Positions 47,611 to 60,440 are shown, numbered from the whole stretch's first letter. The stretch: DNA of 63,648 bases, filler included, from Choristocarpus tenellus KU-1152 (GCA_964200185.2; 12 parts of 12 records of this genome joined end to end with filler, not necessarily neighbours in it); one strand, 5' to 3'. A program made the numbers and translations. The notes: generated by a model from the sequence alone, not told the origin.

Positions 47611-49555
47611 TCCTGATTATGAGCAATTTTATATAGACGGCATCCAGCCAGTTGATTGCATTTGGTCGTTCATGTATTATTCGCGTTGCCACCTGAAGAA
47701 AAAACAAACAAAAAATCTCCCACAGTACCTTCTGTGGTATGTAGGAATGTGTAGAGATGACAACGCACTATACTTGACTAATGCAGTACAGTAAATATCA
47801 TTAACGTATGTTTGCATATTTGAGTAGTGGTTGGTTGCCGTTGTTACCCTCCCCCCCCAACAACGACCACCCCCCTCTTCGCCTGTTTTGTGAGTTGTGT
47901 GATAACCAGCAGGTCGAAAGAGAGATCCCAGCTATAACAAAAAATATATTATCGCAGCTAGCTAGCTGTGGCACAGGAGGGAGAGGCGACCTCAGGGTGG
48001 GGTGTCCCTAACCGCACCAGTTGATGGGGGGGTCAGCGTGGCCATGGAAATGATCAGTGCTGCTACCAGTCGGTTCTTTGGGCTGCCATTGTCAACCACG
48101 ACTGAGCAGTCACTGCACCAAATGAGCATAGACGGAGATTAGACTGGGCAGTTGAAACGATAATCGTCGTTCTGTGGATGAGTCAAGTGTCAGGTTGAAA
48201 AACGCCTGCTAGGTGAGGGAGCGTGACTGGCACAATAACAGCATACCGTATTGATGTGTGGGATTCTCTCGTGTGTGCTACTACACACGCGTAAAGTACT
48301 ATTATTAGTGATCTTCAATTCTTCTATGCAGTATCCCTACAGTACCAGTATCAGTATCAGTATCCCTGCAGTTGCCCTGCAGTGTGGGTTTGATTCGATT
48401 GACGAGCTCCAGGTCAGGTCTCAATCTACATCTGGAGCTATGAGTCAAAGTATCTTAGAGGGTAGAGTCACGTCCATTTGGGGTCCAAAATCCAATGTTG
48501 CAATATAGATGTAATTTTGATATAAGGTTTGTTAGGAAGTGTCAATATCCTTGTTCCGAACACACGTTTAAATAACGTATCCATTTTACCTACTCCGAAA
48601 CATTTTGGAGTTGGTAAAACGTCATTAAAAGAACCGTGGGAAGCCAAGTCCCAAATGGACAAACAGGGAAAAACTCGTACCCTCTAAGATACTTTCACTC
48701 TATGGCTAGAACTTCAACTATGACTATGGCTACGACTTGGGCTAGGGCTATAGCTAGGGTTTGGGTCAGGGTTAGCCCTGATTTTGGGTATTTTGTTGTA
48801 TGTGAAGCCCGTACTTGCAATGTGCTTGCAAAGGATCCATGAAACTTTCCCAAAGTGACTAACCTGGGTCTTTGTGAGGTATGAATACGTCTCTTGGAAG
48901 CTTTGATTGGTTGAGGTTTAAGGTTTGGTAATGGTCCCAATTACCGTCTGTAGTGTGGGTCTGGGGCACGTGGTATATTTTTCATATCTGTTGGAGTATC
49001 CGTGGTGGTGCTAGGAGGTTGACCTTCTTTCAGCCACCCTGGTCGCTCAGTCAGAAGAATTTCGTGAAAAAGATGAAATTCACGAGAAAATTTGTAATGA
49101 GAGAGTATGTCAATGAGTATCGAGTTGAAGCTGAGTTTCGTTGGCCAGATGAAGTGACTGGAATAATGTATGTGTGGATGGCTTAAGCCATAACGTTGAA
49201 GGCGAATATTGTTGCAGTAAATGGTAATGGAAAATGTATACATAGTTGATGAGTATAGGTTTGAAGGAATGGATCCCGCCCTGGAGTTCAAGGTCCGAAA
49301 AGAAGAAGTGAGTAGTAAGTTATTGGTAGCACAAACCTCGCTGACCAGTCAAGCCCTAGCCTAGGTTGCCCTTGGCCGAGAACTGGTTTTGACTTAGAAA
49401 TATATGTATGAATATATTTATGTGGTCGGGTTACAGGGAGGTTATGGGATGTGGTGAGTTACTGCTTTCCTCAGTTGTTAGTAACTGTGGTGATGCAAGC
49501 GCGTGCGTCCATTTTCATAAAGTCGTCTCTCATTCAGGGAACTGGTCCTGAATAA
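47611..49555 (+). CDS. C-terminal exons of an unknown small protein
   Basis: Phase-consistent exons 47611-47664, 49015-49167, 49259-49307 and tentatively 49538-49555 give PDYEQFYIDGIQPVDCIWRLTFFQPPWSLSQKNFVKKMKFTRKFVMREYVNEYRVEAEFRWPDEVTGIMFEGMDPALEFKVRKEEGTGPE*. Confidence 0.55.
48442..48700. mobile_element. MITE copy 3 (259 bp, opposite orientation), TSD TAT
   Basis: TAT|GAGTCAAAGTATCTTAGAGGGTA...TACCCTCTAAGATACTTTCACTC|TAT; TIRs match at 22 of 23 bases. Confidence 0.92.
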
Positions 49556-50702
49556 CCCAAATCCTTGACCAAACCAAATGCAAAATATATCGTAATACCT
49601 GGACGTTTCTTACATATTTTTGATATGAATGATCTTTGTTCTCTGGAGGACTTCAACTATAGAATGTACATACTCTTTGAAGTATCGTGATATTAATGTA
49701 AATACTATAGGGGATAGTAGTAGTAAGTACGGAGTATGTAAGTCCATAAAATTGTATTCTCAGACCTCAAGATATAAACAAGAAACAAACGCAAAATTTA
49801 GGTCCTATGATGGAGTGGTGCCAAATCCTCTGTTGACAATATTTTCTTCTTTACTTCATACATCAATACGTCAGTGCTGTTCGTTGTGAGTATTTCCGAG
49901 GTAAGTTTAAGTTTGGGTAGTGATGCGTACCTACATCGTAAAGCCTATAATATACTAGGAATTTCGATTAGTAGATACATAGATATGTGCACATACTTAG
50001 AAGTTGAGAGTGGGGGGCACCTCGCGGTTTTATAATTGAGGATCAATGGCATCCTGTTTTAAAGGTTGAGGGCTTAGGACCCAGTCTCGACATGTTACAT
50101 TTTCAAAAACGAAAACCGTTGAGAAATTGAGTTCATCAAAGTATTGTGTAAGCTTTCAGACCTCCCCACACTTTCCCCATCAAATGGTCACTTCTCATAC
50201 GTCACACCCAGATAGGTAATCAAACACAGAGTAGTAGTGGCCTGTTTGTATGGGCGCCACTATCTATCCGTGACTGGTACTACTGTACTGCTTATGGAAG
50301 AGTTGTGAGTAAAGACTTCACTATAGCCCAGAGGAGTGTGAGCTGGCGCTCTATGGATGAGTCATATGATTCAAAGGATCCACGCAGTCGACGTCACCAG
50401 GTCAGTTGTCTCCTGTATCTTAAGTGAAGTGTTGGTATATAGTAGGTCTTCAACTTCACTTAAGGCCCACAAGTTGGCAGCGAGTCTGGTAGGGTTAATC
50501 CTCCAACCAGCTTTTGTGTATCATGGTCGGCTGGACGATGGATCGCTCCGCTGTACCGCTTGAAACGTAGATAGTGGTGGTTGGATCCTTGAGCTGACTC
50601 AATGTTGTGGACACTCCCATTGATCAATGCTCGCCCTTTCCCTCCCCCTTTCACTGTCTCTGGGCCTGCGGTGGTGCAGAAAGGTGTAAGGCACGATCAT
50701 AG

Positions 50703-50908
50703 CTAACGTTCCTCCTCATCCTCCTGGATATCCAAAGGGAGAGGAATTCCTATGTTCTCCTGCACCGATGACAGCAACAGCGACATGGCAAACGACGAAT
50801 CTTTTTCTTCGTCCAAACTTTTCTGCGTGTCTCCTGTCCAGCATACGCCAGGGCAACTTGGCGACTTGTCAATGTCCTCTCCCAGTCTCACGGGCGTCGG
50901 GGATGTTC
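50703..50908 (-). CDS. Possible terminal exon of an unknown gene
   Basis: Open frame RTSPTPVRLGEDIDKSPS...PLDIQEDEEER* with coding-like composition; no homology recognised. Confidence 0.3.
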
Positions 50909-51299
50909 TTTTGGAGAAGGTGTGTTACTTGTCTTCCAAACTAATCTTGCGTAATATAGGTTTGCTCATTTCCGATACGAAAAGGCGAAGAAAACTTTCC
51001 CTTCAATTTTTTATTCCCGTATGTATCACACCACAGAGGATGGAATATTGGGCGTGAAGTTTAGGATATATCTTTACATAGTCCGCTACCTGCGTATCTG
51101 CTAGTCGAGGGAATGGTTCTTGATAGGTTGTGTTCGTGCAGTTTGGTTTGTAAGTGGGTCATATAGGACATTCTCCCACAGGTAAGAAATTACACGACAG
51201 GTTGTTGAGTAAGAGACGTAAATAAAAGGAACAGCACCGGAACTTCCCACGTGGTCCCCCACAGTAGTACTAGCCCGACCCGACGCAGCTTAACTTCAC

Positions 51300-51399
51300 N
51301 NNNNNNNNNNNNNNNNNNNNNNNNNNNNNNNNNNNNNNNNNNNTTAATTAATTAANNNNNNNNNNNNNNNNNNNNNNNNNNNNNNNNNNNNNNNNNNNN
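51300..51399. other. Artificial contig linker
   Basis: N44-TTAATTAATTAA-N44. Confidence 0.98.
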
Positions 51400-52937
51400 A
51401 AGATGGTGTGATTGCTCGGGGCAACAGTGGGTTTGGGGGGGGGGAACTGGTTTTTTACTAGCTGGGAAGGTTGTAGAGAAGAAAGGGTTAGGATGTGTTT
51501 GTCTCTTATGTGTGTGTATACTTGTGTGTTTATGTGTATGCTTTTTGAAGGAGTGTGTGGGAGGGGATTGACTGCGAACTGCTCATGTGGCAGGTCAGAT
51601 GTATTGTGTATATTGGGGGTGGAACAGACCCTTGATTGGTGGCAGTACATAGTATTGTGTGGAATAAACACAAGGCAATGGAATGGAGTACGACATGAGT
51701 GTTAGAAGCACACACCAGGAGGTGACTGGGGTTCTGTACAGCTTACCACATACTGGTGATGCTCTCCTTTTTTATGGGAACAATGTACTGGATAGGCTGC
51801 TCTGGTACTGTTCATTAGTCTTGTTGTGAGGCACAGAATTATAATGATAGACCCAAGACGGTCACGTGAGTGAACCGTAGCTGAACAGGTATTTTGAGGG
51901 GATGTGGCAGGAGTTGAGAGACAGTGAGTGAGGAGGTTACACGTATGTGTGGTACTGAAGTGAGAGGGGGGCAAGCACGGTTCTTTTGCTTAGTGGGAAG
52001 CCACCGCACAACAGCATTGTTGGAAGGCTCTTGAGTTGGGAAGAGTCCATCTGTGTGTGAGAAGGAAAATGCTACTGATTAGGGTGATTTGAACTGAAAT
52101 AGAGCAGAGGCGTGTCATACATGAGGGAATTGGTGGAGCTGGTGAATTGCACAGGTCCTACTTTGTTTTTTTTTATAAACACAGCTGTCTGATGAGAGGA
52201 AGGCATGTTACATCTGGTGGTATAGATTGTGATTGGGTGACGTTTTGGGACGAGGCATGAATTTCTTGCATCCTTGCTCTGTGTGTGAAGAGATCAGACC
52301 AACTCAGTTGCTTGCAACCCCATGCCCTGCCTTTTTGCAGTTGTTTTAAGCTGGTGTTTTGACCTTAATTTGGGGGCAGGGTCCTGTATGCATGGGAGTT
52401 TACAAACACAGAAAGGCGGTGGGTAAACACCTAGGGCAAGCATGGGGCAGAGTATACACAGGACAAGATCCATGTGTCACGGAACCAAATATACCCGTAC
52501 AGCTCCACACACCTCTTGTGCACACCTTATCTTTCATGCTGCTGGGCAGAATGTGGACAACATAGGTGATGCTCCATGTATGGATTGTGTTGGGTTTCCA
52601 GAGTCATGGTTTTTATGTGGTCATTCGCAGTCAAGGATATTCATGTGCCCCCCCCTTCTCTATTTCAGTTGCATGTTGACCAGGCAATAGGCAGTCTGCA
52701 CTACTCCCTGAGGGATGCAATTTGCTCTTAGCGCTATGAGATTCTAGTATATAGATTAACATTAATAGCACTACATCAGTACATAACTAGGCTGTGTCAA
52801 TGATAACGATTATATGGGATGGAAAACTGTGTGAGGGATAAAAAGCGAGCACACTCGACAGGGACTCTTCATCGACATCAAGAGTCCACAACCTTGTTTA
52901 TAATTGATTGAAATGTTTCGTACATTTAGTGGAGAGG

Positions 52938-53063
52938 GCTGCATTTCCAATTAAGAAAGTTGATGTGTTTTGATTGATGACCGTGGAGGGTTGTGCTGCT
53001 GCATTTCCAATTAAGAAAGTTGATGTGTTTTGATTGATGACCGTGGAGGGTTGTGCTGCTGCA
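52938..53063. repeat. 60-bp tandem duplication
   Basis: GCATTTCCAATTAAG at 52941 and 53001. Confidence 0.93.
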
Positions 53064-54060
53064 CTTCAACTCAACTCACTGATGTACTCCATGCCTAGTT
53101 TACTTTTTTGTATTAGGTAACACGATGGAAAGTTCCTGAATTGGAAGCTCCACATCCGCCCAGTACAGTAAATCCCTCTCCTTACAAACCTACAGCTTCC
53201 ATAAACTTGCTTTTCCTCTTTCCAACTTGTTTGACCACAGTTATTGCACACAATGAGCATTTCTACTCAATCTATACCTTACCATCTCATTTCACCTCAA
53301 CCCCAGTACCAGATCTCTTGGTCCTGCATAGGCTCGCTTGCCCATTTGCTTGTGCATGCTTGTTTCCAATTGGGGCCCTCTCACGTATGTACCGTGTAAA
53401 ACGAAGGAATTCCTGCCTTACCTTACCAGAATTGACTTTTTGGTCCCTCTCATGTACACAATGTATAGAACCAAGTGATTCCCGCCCTTACAAAACCTAT
53501 AGTCCATAGAGCTAGAGATGGTTTCCTCTTTCCAGAGGTAATGTCATTCATCCACCTCTACGACCTTCACCTTCCCATCCTGCTTCACCTCGTTTCCAGA
53601 ATTGGTTCTTGTTCTCGTGTGTGAACTCGACTGGAAGAAACATGGTCTATTGAGGTTTGAACTCAATTGAATGTGTTGGTATCAGTGAAGACTGTTGGGA
53701 CACATTTTTGGGGATAAACCAACCTTTTTCTTTATGGGTTACTCTCCTCCTGCTGTAGAGGACATTCATGAAATGCAACCGCAAAGTATGTGAAAACTAA
53801 TGCTCCTGGTACAGTTACCTCTGTAATGATATAAAAAATATCACCACAAATAGACGTTATGATTCATTGTCAACGAGCCAAACCAATTGAGAGGTAGGGT
53901 GGTCTGGACCCTTTTGCATTCGAAGACATCTTTCTTACCCCATGCTATGGACTCTATTTCATTGCTTTGTGTATAATGCCATAGCGTACAAGCCGAAGTA
54001 AACAATAGGTACCCAGTTTTTTTTGCAGTTTTGCATTTTATAGGCAGTTTTTCAATCTAT

Positions 54061-54160
54061 NNNNNNNNNNNNNNNNNNNNNNNNNNNNNNNNNNNNNNNN
54101 NNNNTTAATTAATTAANNNNNNNNNNNNNNNNNNNNNNNNNNNNNNNNNNNNNNNNNNNN
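54061..54160. other. Artificial contig linker
   Basis: N44-TTAATTAATTAA-N44. Confidence 0.98.
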
Positions 54161-54240
54161 AAAACACGACAGGGAAAAATGGGCCCCGAATGGACAACCC
54201 CCCCCCCCCCCTCCCCCCCCCCCCCCAGATACTTCAAGCC
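54161..54240. mobile_element. TIR end of a poly-C MITE-family relative
   Basis: GGCCCCGAATGGAC..(C)nAGATACTTCAAGCC. Confidence 0.6.
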
Positions 54241-54250
54241 TTTCCCATAC

Positions 54251-57200
54251 CTTATTGGGCGAAATCTTCAGGAAGGGCTTCTTTATCAGCTTTCGTCCCG
54301 CAACCATCCCGCTGCATACCACAGGTTGTGTTGTTACACCAATCAAACAAATAGAACAAGGGTAAAAAAGACAAGACAGTCCAATCACATCGTCCAATCA
54401 CATTGCGGGCGCCTCGGAGGTCAGCCAGCAATCAACCAATCAAAAGAGCAAGAAATAAATAAATAAATAAAAATAAAAAACTAGCGCCATGAAAAAAGTT
54501 AATAAAAAAATAAATAATAAAAAAATAAAAAATACTCAATTATATCGTGTACATAATTTATCTATCTACCTCTACCTATCTAGCTCTATCTATCTATCTA
54601 TCTATCGATCGATCTATCTATCTATCTATCTATCTATCTTCTTTGACCGAGGTCATCCTTGACTCCACCAGGGAACGGGCACACTCAAGAACATGAGCAC
54701 ACAACACGGGCATCATCCCCTTCCAAGGTACATCTCGCTAGAACACCCCCCCCCCTCTCAAAAAGGTGTTCTGTACGCACACGCCCTTCCCATTCAAGGG
54801 TGGGCTCTTCACTGCACACGCGGCATCCACCTCCTACTTCGAAGGATGATCACATTGTTGCAGCAAGGGACGTTGGAGTCTGAGGGGGGACAGTCAACAA
54901 ACAGCCCTAACCCTAACCCTAACCCTAACCCTATCCCTAACCCTATCCCTATCCCTATCCCTATCCCTATCCCTAACTGTGCAGAGGTCGTTGCGGCAAG
55001 GGACGTTGGAGTCTGAGGGGGAACAGTCAACAAAGAGCCCTAAACCTAACCCTAACCCTACCTACATGGAGGAGAGTGAAAAACACATTCTACCCTTCGA
55101 GATTATTACCGTCGAACAGGTGCGTCATATGCCGTCAAGCCTATACAGCTTGTTCAACAGATTGTAAGTTTCACTCGAGCGAGGCCTAGATGGGTTTTTT
55201 TTTTTAAATGACAACAAAATAAAAACTAATGAAATTAATAAAATTCAAAATTAATTCAACATCTCTTCTTTTTTTTTAAAGAAAGCGCGCATCCAAACTC
55301 TTTGTATGATGAAGCAAAAAAGCGTGCGTGCACTATTACAGCGTATGCTCTCTTCGACCGGAAAAGAGCGAGTTAGTTAGTAGTTGTCCATGCACCTTGA
55401 CATTCTTTCATCACAGAACTAATTGCCTCGACTGCACCTCTCTCATCGGAGACAAAACAAGCCCATGTGCGTGTCAGAGGGAGGGACGAAACAGATGAGC
55501 CAAAACCAGGCAGGCGTATTCAGACCGATGGCCTAAATAAAACCTCCGGCCTTGGTGTGTGTGGAGGGGTGGGTTCTCCTCGAAACGGACACCGGGCTAG
55601 CCCCAATCAATACACACTTGTATTGGACTCAGGAGGCTCAGAAGCACCGATATAATAGCAAAGGGTGACAATCCATACACAAACCTTACAGTATATTGGT
55701 ATCCGATCACACGCCTTGGAAGTGGATTCGGCCAATCAAGATCACTCCTTCTAACAACTTCATACAGTTGATTTAGGTAAACAGAAATATAGAAGTAATC
55801 AAAAAAATTAACCTGTGGTTTGAGTTCATCAACGCCATCGCGTTAGAGCCCTATTTCCTTCCTCCCTCGCAGCTCTCACTTTCAACAAACTGTGTCCCAA
55901 CACTTCTTCAAAGATGTCCAGTTGCTCAGGAGCACATCCAAACACACATCTCCTGAAAAAATAACACAATAGCAATCCCCTTTTCTAGAACAATCTATAT
56001 ACTGTCATTAACTGTCACTACGGGTCCACATCGTGAGAAATGTGCTGGCCAATGGAGGCACATAGAGCAAAAAGCTCCAACAAAAGCAAAATAGCTTGGA
56101 GGACAAAGCACTGAGAAACCCAATGTAAAATCTGCAACACCAATTGCTGCTAATTAATTACTTCATATTTCCAGTAGCTTGGGGGCGATGGGTGTCTTGT
56201 CAAGCGCGACATCGCCACCTGATGCAACAGTCCTGTAACAGACTACGATCTCCAGTCGTTAGTGGTTCTTTATCTCCCATCACAGAGTTTGCATACATGC
56301 CATATTCCTATGACTTCAGTCCCCCTGTTTCACTTACCAAACGTATGCAGAGCAATCGTTGCAGATGACCAAGCTTGCTGGGAAGAAGAACCAGAAAATC
56401 CCATTGAAAATATTATGTGCCACAAACTTCAATTGGGCAACAATCATGAGGATTGTCACTATAGTCCATGTTAGTTGCCCAACCTTCAACAGCAAGGCGA
56501 GAGAAGCCGAGCAAGGTCAGAGACACCAGGAATGCATAGAAAATTATTCCTTGCAGATTATTCTAGAGAAAATTCAAACAATAGTACTGGCCTAGCAAGC
56601 ACATCACACTCACAACTTCCATCATTTGAATCAGCCCAGTCCGACAGATCAGATCGGAGGATCTCAACAACATGTCTGAGTTGAATATTGCGACGTCTTC
56701 AACTACTAGAATTGCGTCAAACTAGAGACGAGACTGAACACTCACCTGATATCTGTACAGCCCCTTCTTCAAAGTGAGCACCGACATGACGAATACACAA
56801 CAATATGCAAGGAACGATATCCATGCATGGTATATGGTGATGTGGGAAAGCCACAGCAGCGCTCGATGCTGCAATACAAACTCGTGGAGGAAGTCCCCAT
56901 ATGTATAGAAGATGGCAACGGAGAACCAGCTCCACTGAAGGGTACGGAATAGGGGCATTTCCCTCTCCTTCGCCGCGCTGTATCGTACGTTAACCATTTC
57001 CTTAAACACCAATGCCTGTCGCAATCACACCAGATACATAACGGGTAGCCATGGTAACTTAAAGCTGCAATGCTGTATTTCCTTGAAGTTGATAGGAACG
57101 ACCGTGTGGACGAACACCAATCCAGAACCAGGAGACCCCACTTACCTGCAGTAACATAACAAGAGCGCTAAGGTATAGATGACCAGCCCAAACTATTCCC

Positions 57201-57415
57201 AAGAATCCCGCGACCATACCCACCCCCACCACAGTACGAACAAGTATCTTCCGCCCTTTCGACTCTGCTAGAGCAACTTCAGCAAAGCTTTGGGGCTGCG
57301 ATTCTTCTCCATTGCACACCCCTGCAATGGTCGGAAATATTTCTTCGTCTATATCCGACTCCTCTGGTTGCTGTGTAGACATCACAGATGCATGGCGCTG
57401 CCGAAGCCCACTCAT
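54251..57415 (-). CDS. CDS: Phosphatidate cytidylyltransferase (CDP-diacylglycerol synthase), first 4 exons
   Basis: Exons 57415-57146 (ATG..GHLYLSALVMLLQ), 57015-56746 (EMPLFRTLQWSWF..LKKGLYRYQ), 56483-56338 (VGQLTWTIV..NIFNGIFWFFFPASLVICNDCSAY) and 54311-54251 (GRKLIKKPFLKISPNK). Contains the ICND..AY and SPNK signatures; phases are consistent. Confidence 0.95.
54560..54639. repeat. (TCTA)n microsatellite
   Basis: Seen directly. Confidence 0.9.
54857..55062. repeat. Duplicated ~48-bp unit, each copy followed by a CCCTAA/CCCTAT telomeric tract
   Basis: GTTGCRGCAAGGGACGTTGGAGTCTGAGGGGGRACAGTCAACAAA at 54857 and ~54990. Confidence 0.9.
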
Positions 57416-60340
57416 AGTCTTTGGAGGAGGTCAACGATCTGGGCTGAGATAAATTTGGAATTTGGGACAAATACGCGCGCTCGCGCGTGAACACAAATAC
57501 TCTATGTCCAAACTCTTCGTGGTAGAAACCTATATAATTTCAGGCATTGGATCCCTCCCAACGTTTGAGTGAAGAGCAGATGACATACTCACGCATTCAA
57601 AGAGCGATCGTTCCTATGGTATTATATCTACTGTCGTAGTTATTACGAAGGTGTATCGCTCAGTAGAACGTTATTGAAGACCTCTCCTTTACACGTTTTG
57701 AGCAATAAAATATCCATTTTGAGTACTTCAATTAGTTGCAATCCGCTATTTTTGGAAGTGCCCCATAGACACTTACGTCCACATCTTTGTAAAATGACCA
57801 TTGATAATATCTCGCGATCAAGTAGCCTTCGCGAATAACAAAATGATCCTGGTAGGTGTACCCCACGAAAAACTGAGTCGTAGGGGACGAAACCCTGAGA
57901 TGTGGAATAACTGAAGTGCGAAGCGACCACACTGTGTTCTCCATGAGATGTAAGCATTCTTATTACAATCAAGCTATTGGCTCATTTTTCTTCCCTACAC
58001 TCCAACCCAGCACTTTCCCGGATCCAGCACAAGGTCCAGACCTACTCAGCCTCAAAAATGTGATACCTACCAGCTATGGGGTTCAATGGATAAAAGTAGC
58101 GCTTGTTGGTGAATAGATGGGGTTGAGCCTAGTCAATATAGTATAGCCTATTCCATTGCTTATTGAAAGGTTGTGATATAGTCAAACAAAGGAGATCGAT
58201 AGTGAGGTGTATATCAAATACAAATACAAAAAAAAAATTCCACCACCATACATGCATAGTCAACGCACATCGTAGTCGAAGCACATACCCCAGTCGTAGC
58301 TGAGAGTACAGAGAGAACGGAAAAAGATTATGTGTTGCCCGCAAGATAAACCCATTGATACAATTTCCCCTTTTATTCAGTATTCTTATTTCACAGTCTA
58401 AGTGGTAACCGCTTTCTCCAACACACCTACTACCCCCCTTTCCAACAACATACCTTGTTCACTTCTTGTTCCCCAGTCAGTAGAGACAGACAGCTCAGGA
58501 CACTTCAATTTCACAAACACATGAAGATCTATGCAGTCCTCGCAGTTTAGCAATGTTACCTGCCAGTACCCTCATCAATGGCAAGATACCTCATGCCAAT
58601 ACATGGCACAGACATTCTAGACATGGGAACGCAATCTCAAATCATTTGGCAATCTGCACTTCAAAAGAAGTCAAATCTGTGGAAGACGCCAACCACTCTC
58701 ATACCTTGGTCTCACTTTTCTCATTAAAGCTAAGCGAAATGACTTCACACCATGGTGCTCTACAGATACTGCTTGACCCTACGTTCCGACTCACATGACA
58801 AATGGTTCAGACACATTCAAAGAACCCCTTAAGAAAGAATGTATCCACCCATTGCCTCATGTAAATATTTCACGCAAGGGTTGCCTGAAAAAATAACAAG
58901 GTCATTCCACTCTAAAAAGTAAATAGCATTGCTTGTAAACAGGGTTGGACAATTGAGATATGTGGAAATTCCATCACAAGACTGTGCTTGCTGTATGGAG
59001 GAACATAACATAGGCAAATCACTGATCGGAATAGCAAGGGAAATACCTGTACACTATAAGTGGGATCAATTACCCCACCGCATCAACAACTATTCTCAAG
59101 TGTGGCAAACACAAATGTTGTCCTACAGTAGTTACCTGAGGCTAGCATCACTCTCTTCCTCAATTTCCTACACCCCATCTCGATCATATGGAGCAAGGAC
59201 AGGAGTAACCATGATTTAAATAAAAAAGAAAAAGCTTTACACGTAGGGAATCTTGGACAAGTCAGTTGAAATACACATCCACCTTTGACAAAGAAGGCCA
59301 TTCAAGGTATCTTCATCATCCAGTTTGAATTGCTCTAATTCTAGCAAGGGAACAGGCCGTGGGAAGAAAGAACGAATAGACACACAATCCAGGCTTGTCC
59401 TACACACAGATCCACTTGGCAACCATTATATATCTAGAATCTGTGTTGCACAATTACTTAAGCAAGGGAAGCATATTGGTCAAGAACAGAAATAACATAA
59501 CACAAGACACTATGTACACAGTTCACTTCCAATACCCATAAGACATCACCCAGTCATCCCAACCTAGTTTCAAAAAACACCCCATGTCCACAACAGTAGC
59601 AAAATAAACCATGAAAGGCTTGCTGTAAGAAAGAAAAACATAGGTAAAGCACCACACATGGTAGAGAAGAACTGCACATAATCATCAAGGAATGTAGCAT
59701 TAAGGTAGAACATATTGTACAAGGCTAAACAGTGGCAAGGTAGGGGGGAAATGCCATCAGAGAAGAGGGGAGACAGCAAGAGATGTGAGAGGTTATCCAC
59801 CCACAGAGGTAGCAAGACATCCTGGTTGAGACTGTGAAACAACTCCAGCCAATATTTTAAGAATGAGCAATCACGTGATGCTTGAGGGGGCTTGCAGTGG
59901 TTTGCTTAGAGTGCACCTGCCTGTTAATATGGTCTCACACAAGGGGTAGGAGTCAACGAGCCCCTGGTTTCCACACTGCTTGAAGTTAAATGAAGCGGTT
60001 CACAATCAAATGAAGTTCAAACACAAAAGTGAAGAGTGGAAATACCCTATGGCGATGTGCCAAGGGTAGACTGAAACAGATTGAGTGAAAAAAAAAAGTT
60101 GTTCCATCTTATTGTTTTGTTTTGTGAAATGACACCACCCTGCAGCACAGCACAGCAGTACAAGACTAACAAACACCTTGAGTGTCTTGGACCGAACATG
60201 ATTCACTAGCCAAGTATGCAAACTTTGGACCTCTCGTGTTGTACACCATCTTCTGTGTTCCCCTCCCCTGAATGCTCAGGGTTCATCGGAAACCACGCTC
60301 ATCCCTACGCTGGTAGTCCCTTCTATCGTCCCTCCTATCT

Positions 60341-60440
60341 NNNNNNNNNNNNNNNNNNNNNNNNNNNNNNNNNNNNNNNNNNNNTTAATTAATTAANNNN
60401 NNNNNNNNNNNNNNNNNNNNNNNNNNNNNNNNNNNNNNNN
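60341..60440. other. Artificial contig linker
   Basis: N44-TTAATTAATTAA-N44. Confidence 0.98.

Noticed and set aside
55880-55955. Minus-strand GDVCLDVLLSNW resembling an E2 ubiquitin-conjugating active site
   Set aside because: Very short, lies inside a CDS intron, is followed by a stop, and lacks the upstream HPN motif
58500-60340. CpG-poor, coding-like stretches (also 33060-35380, 41900-42800 and 53100-54000)
   Set aside because: Likely old transposon debris; no diagnostic RT, integrase or DDE motif visible
3413-60440. Recurrent TTAATTAATTAA motif within N runs
   Set aside because: Artificial contig-joining linker. Adjacency of genes across linkers has no biological meaning, so no gene cluster is claimed.
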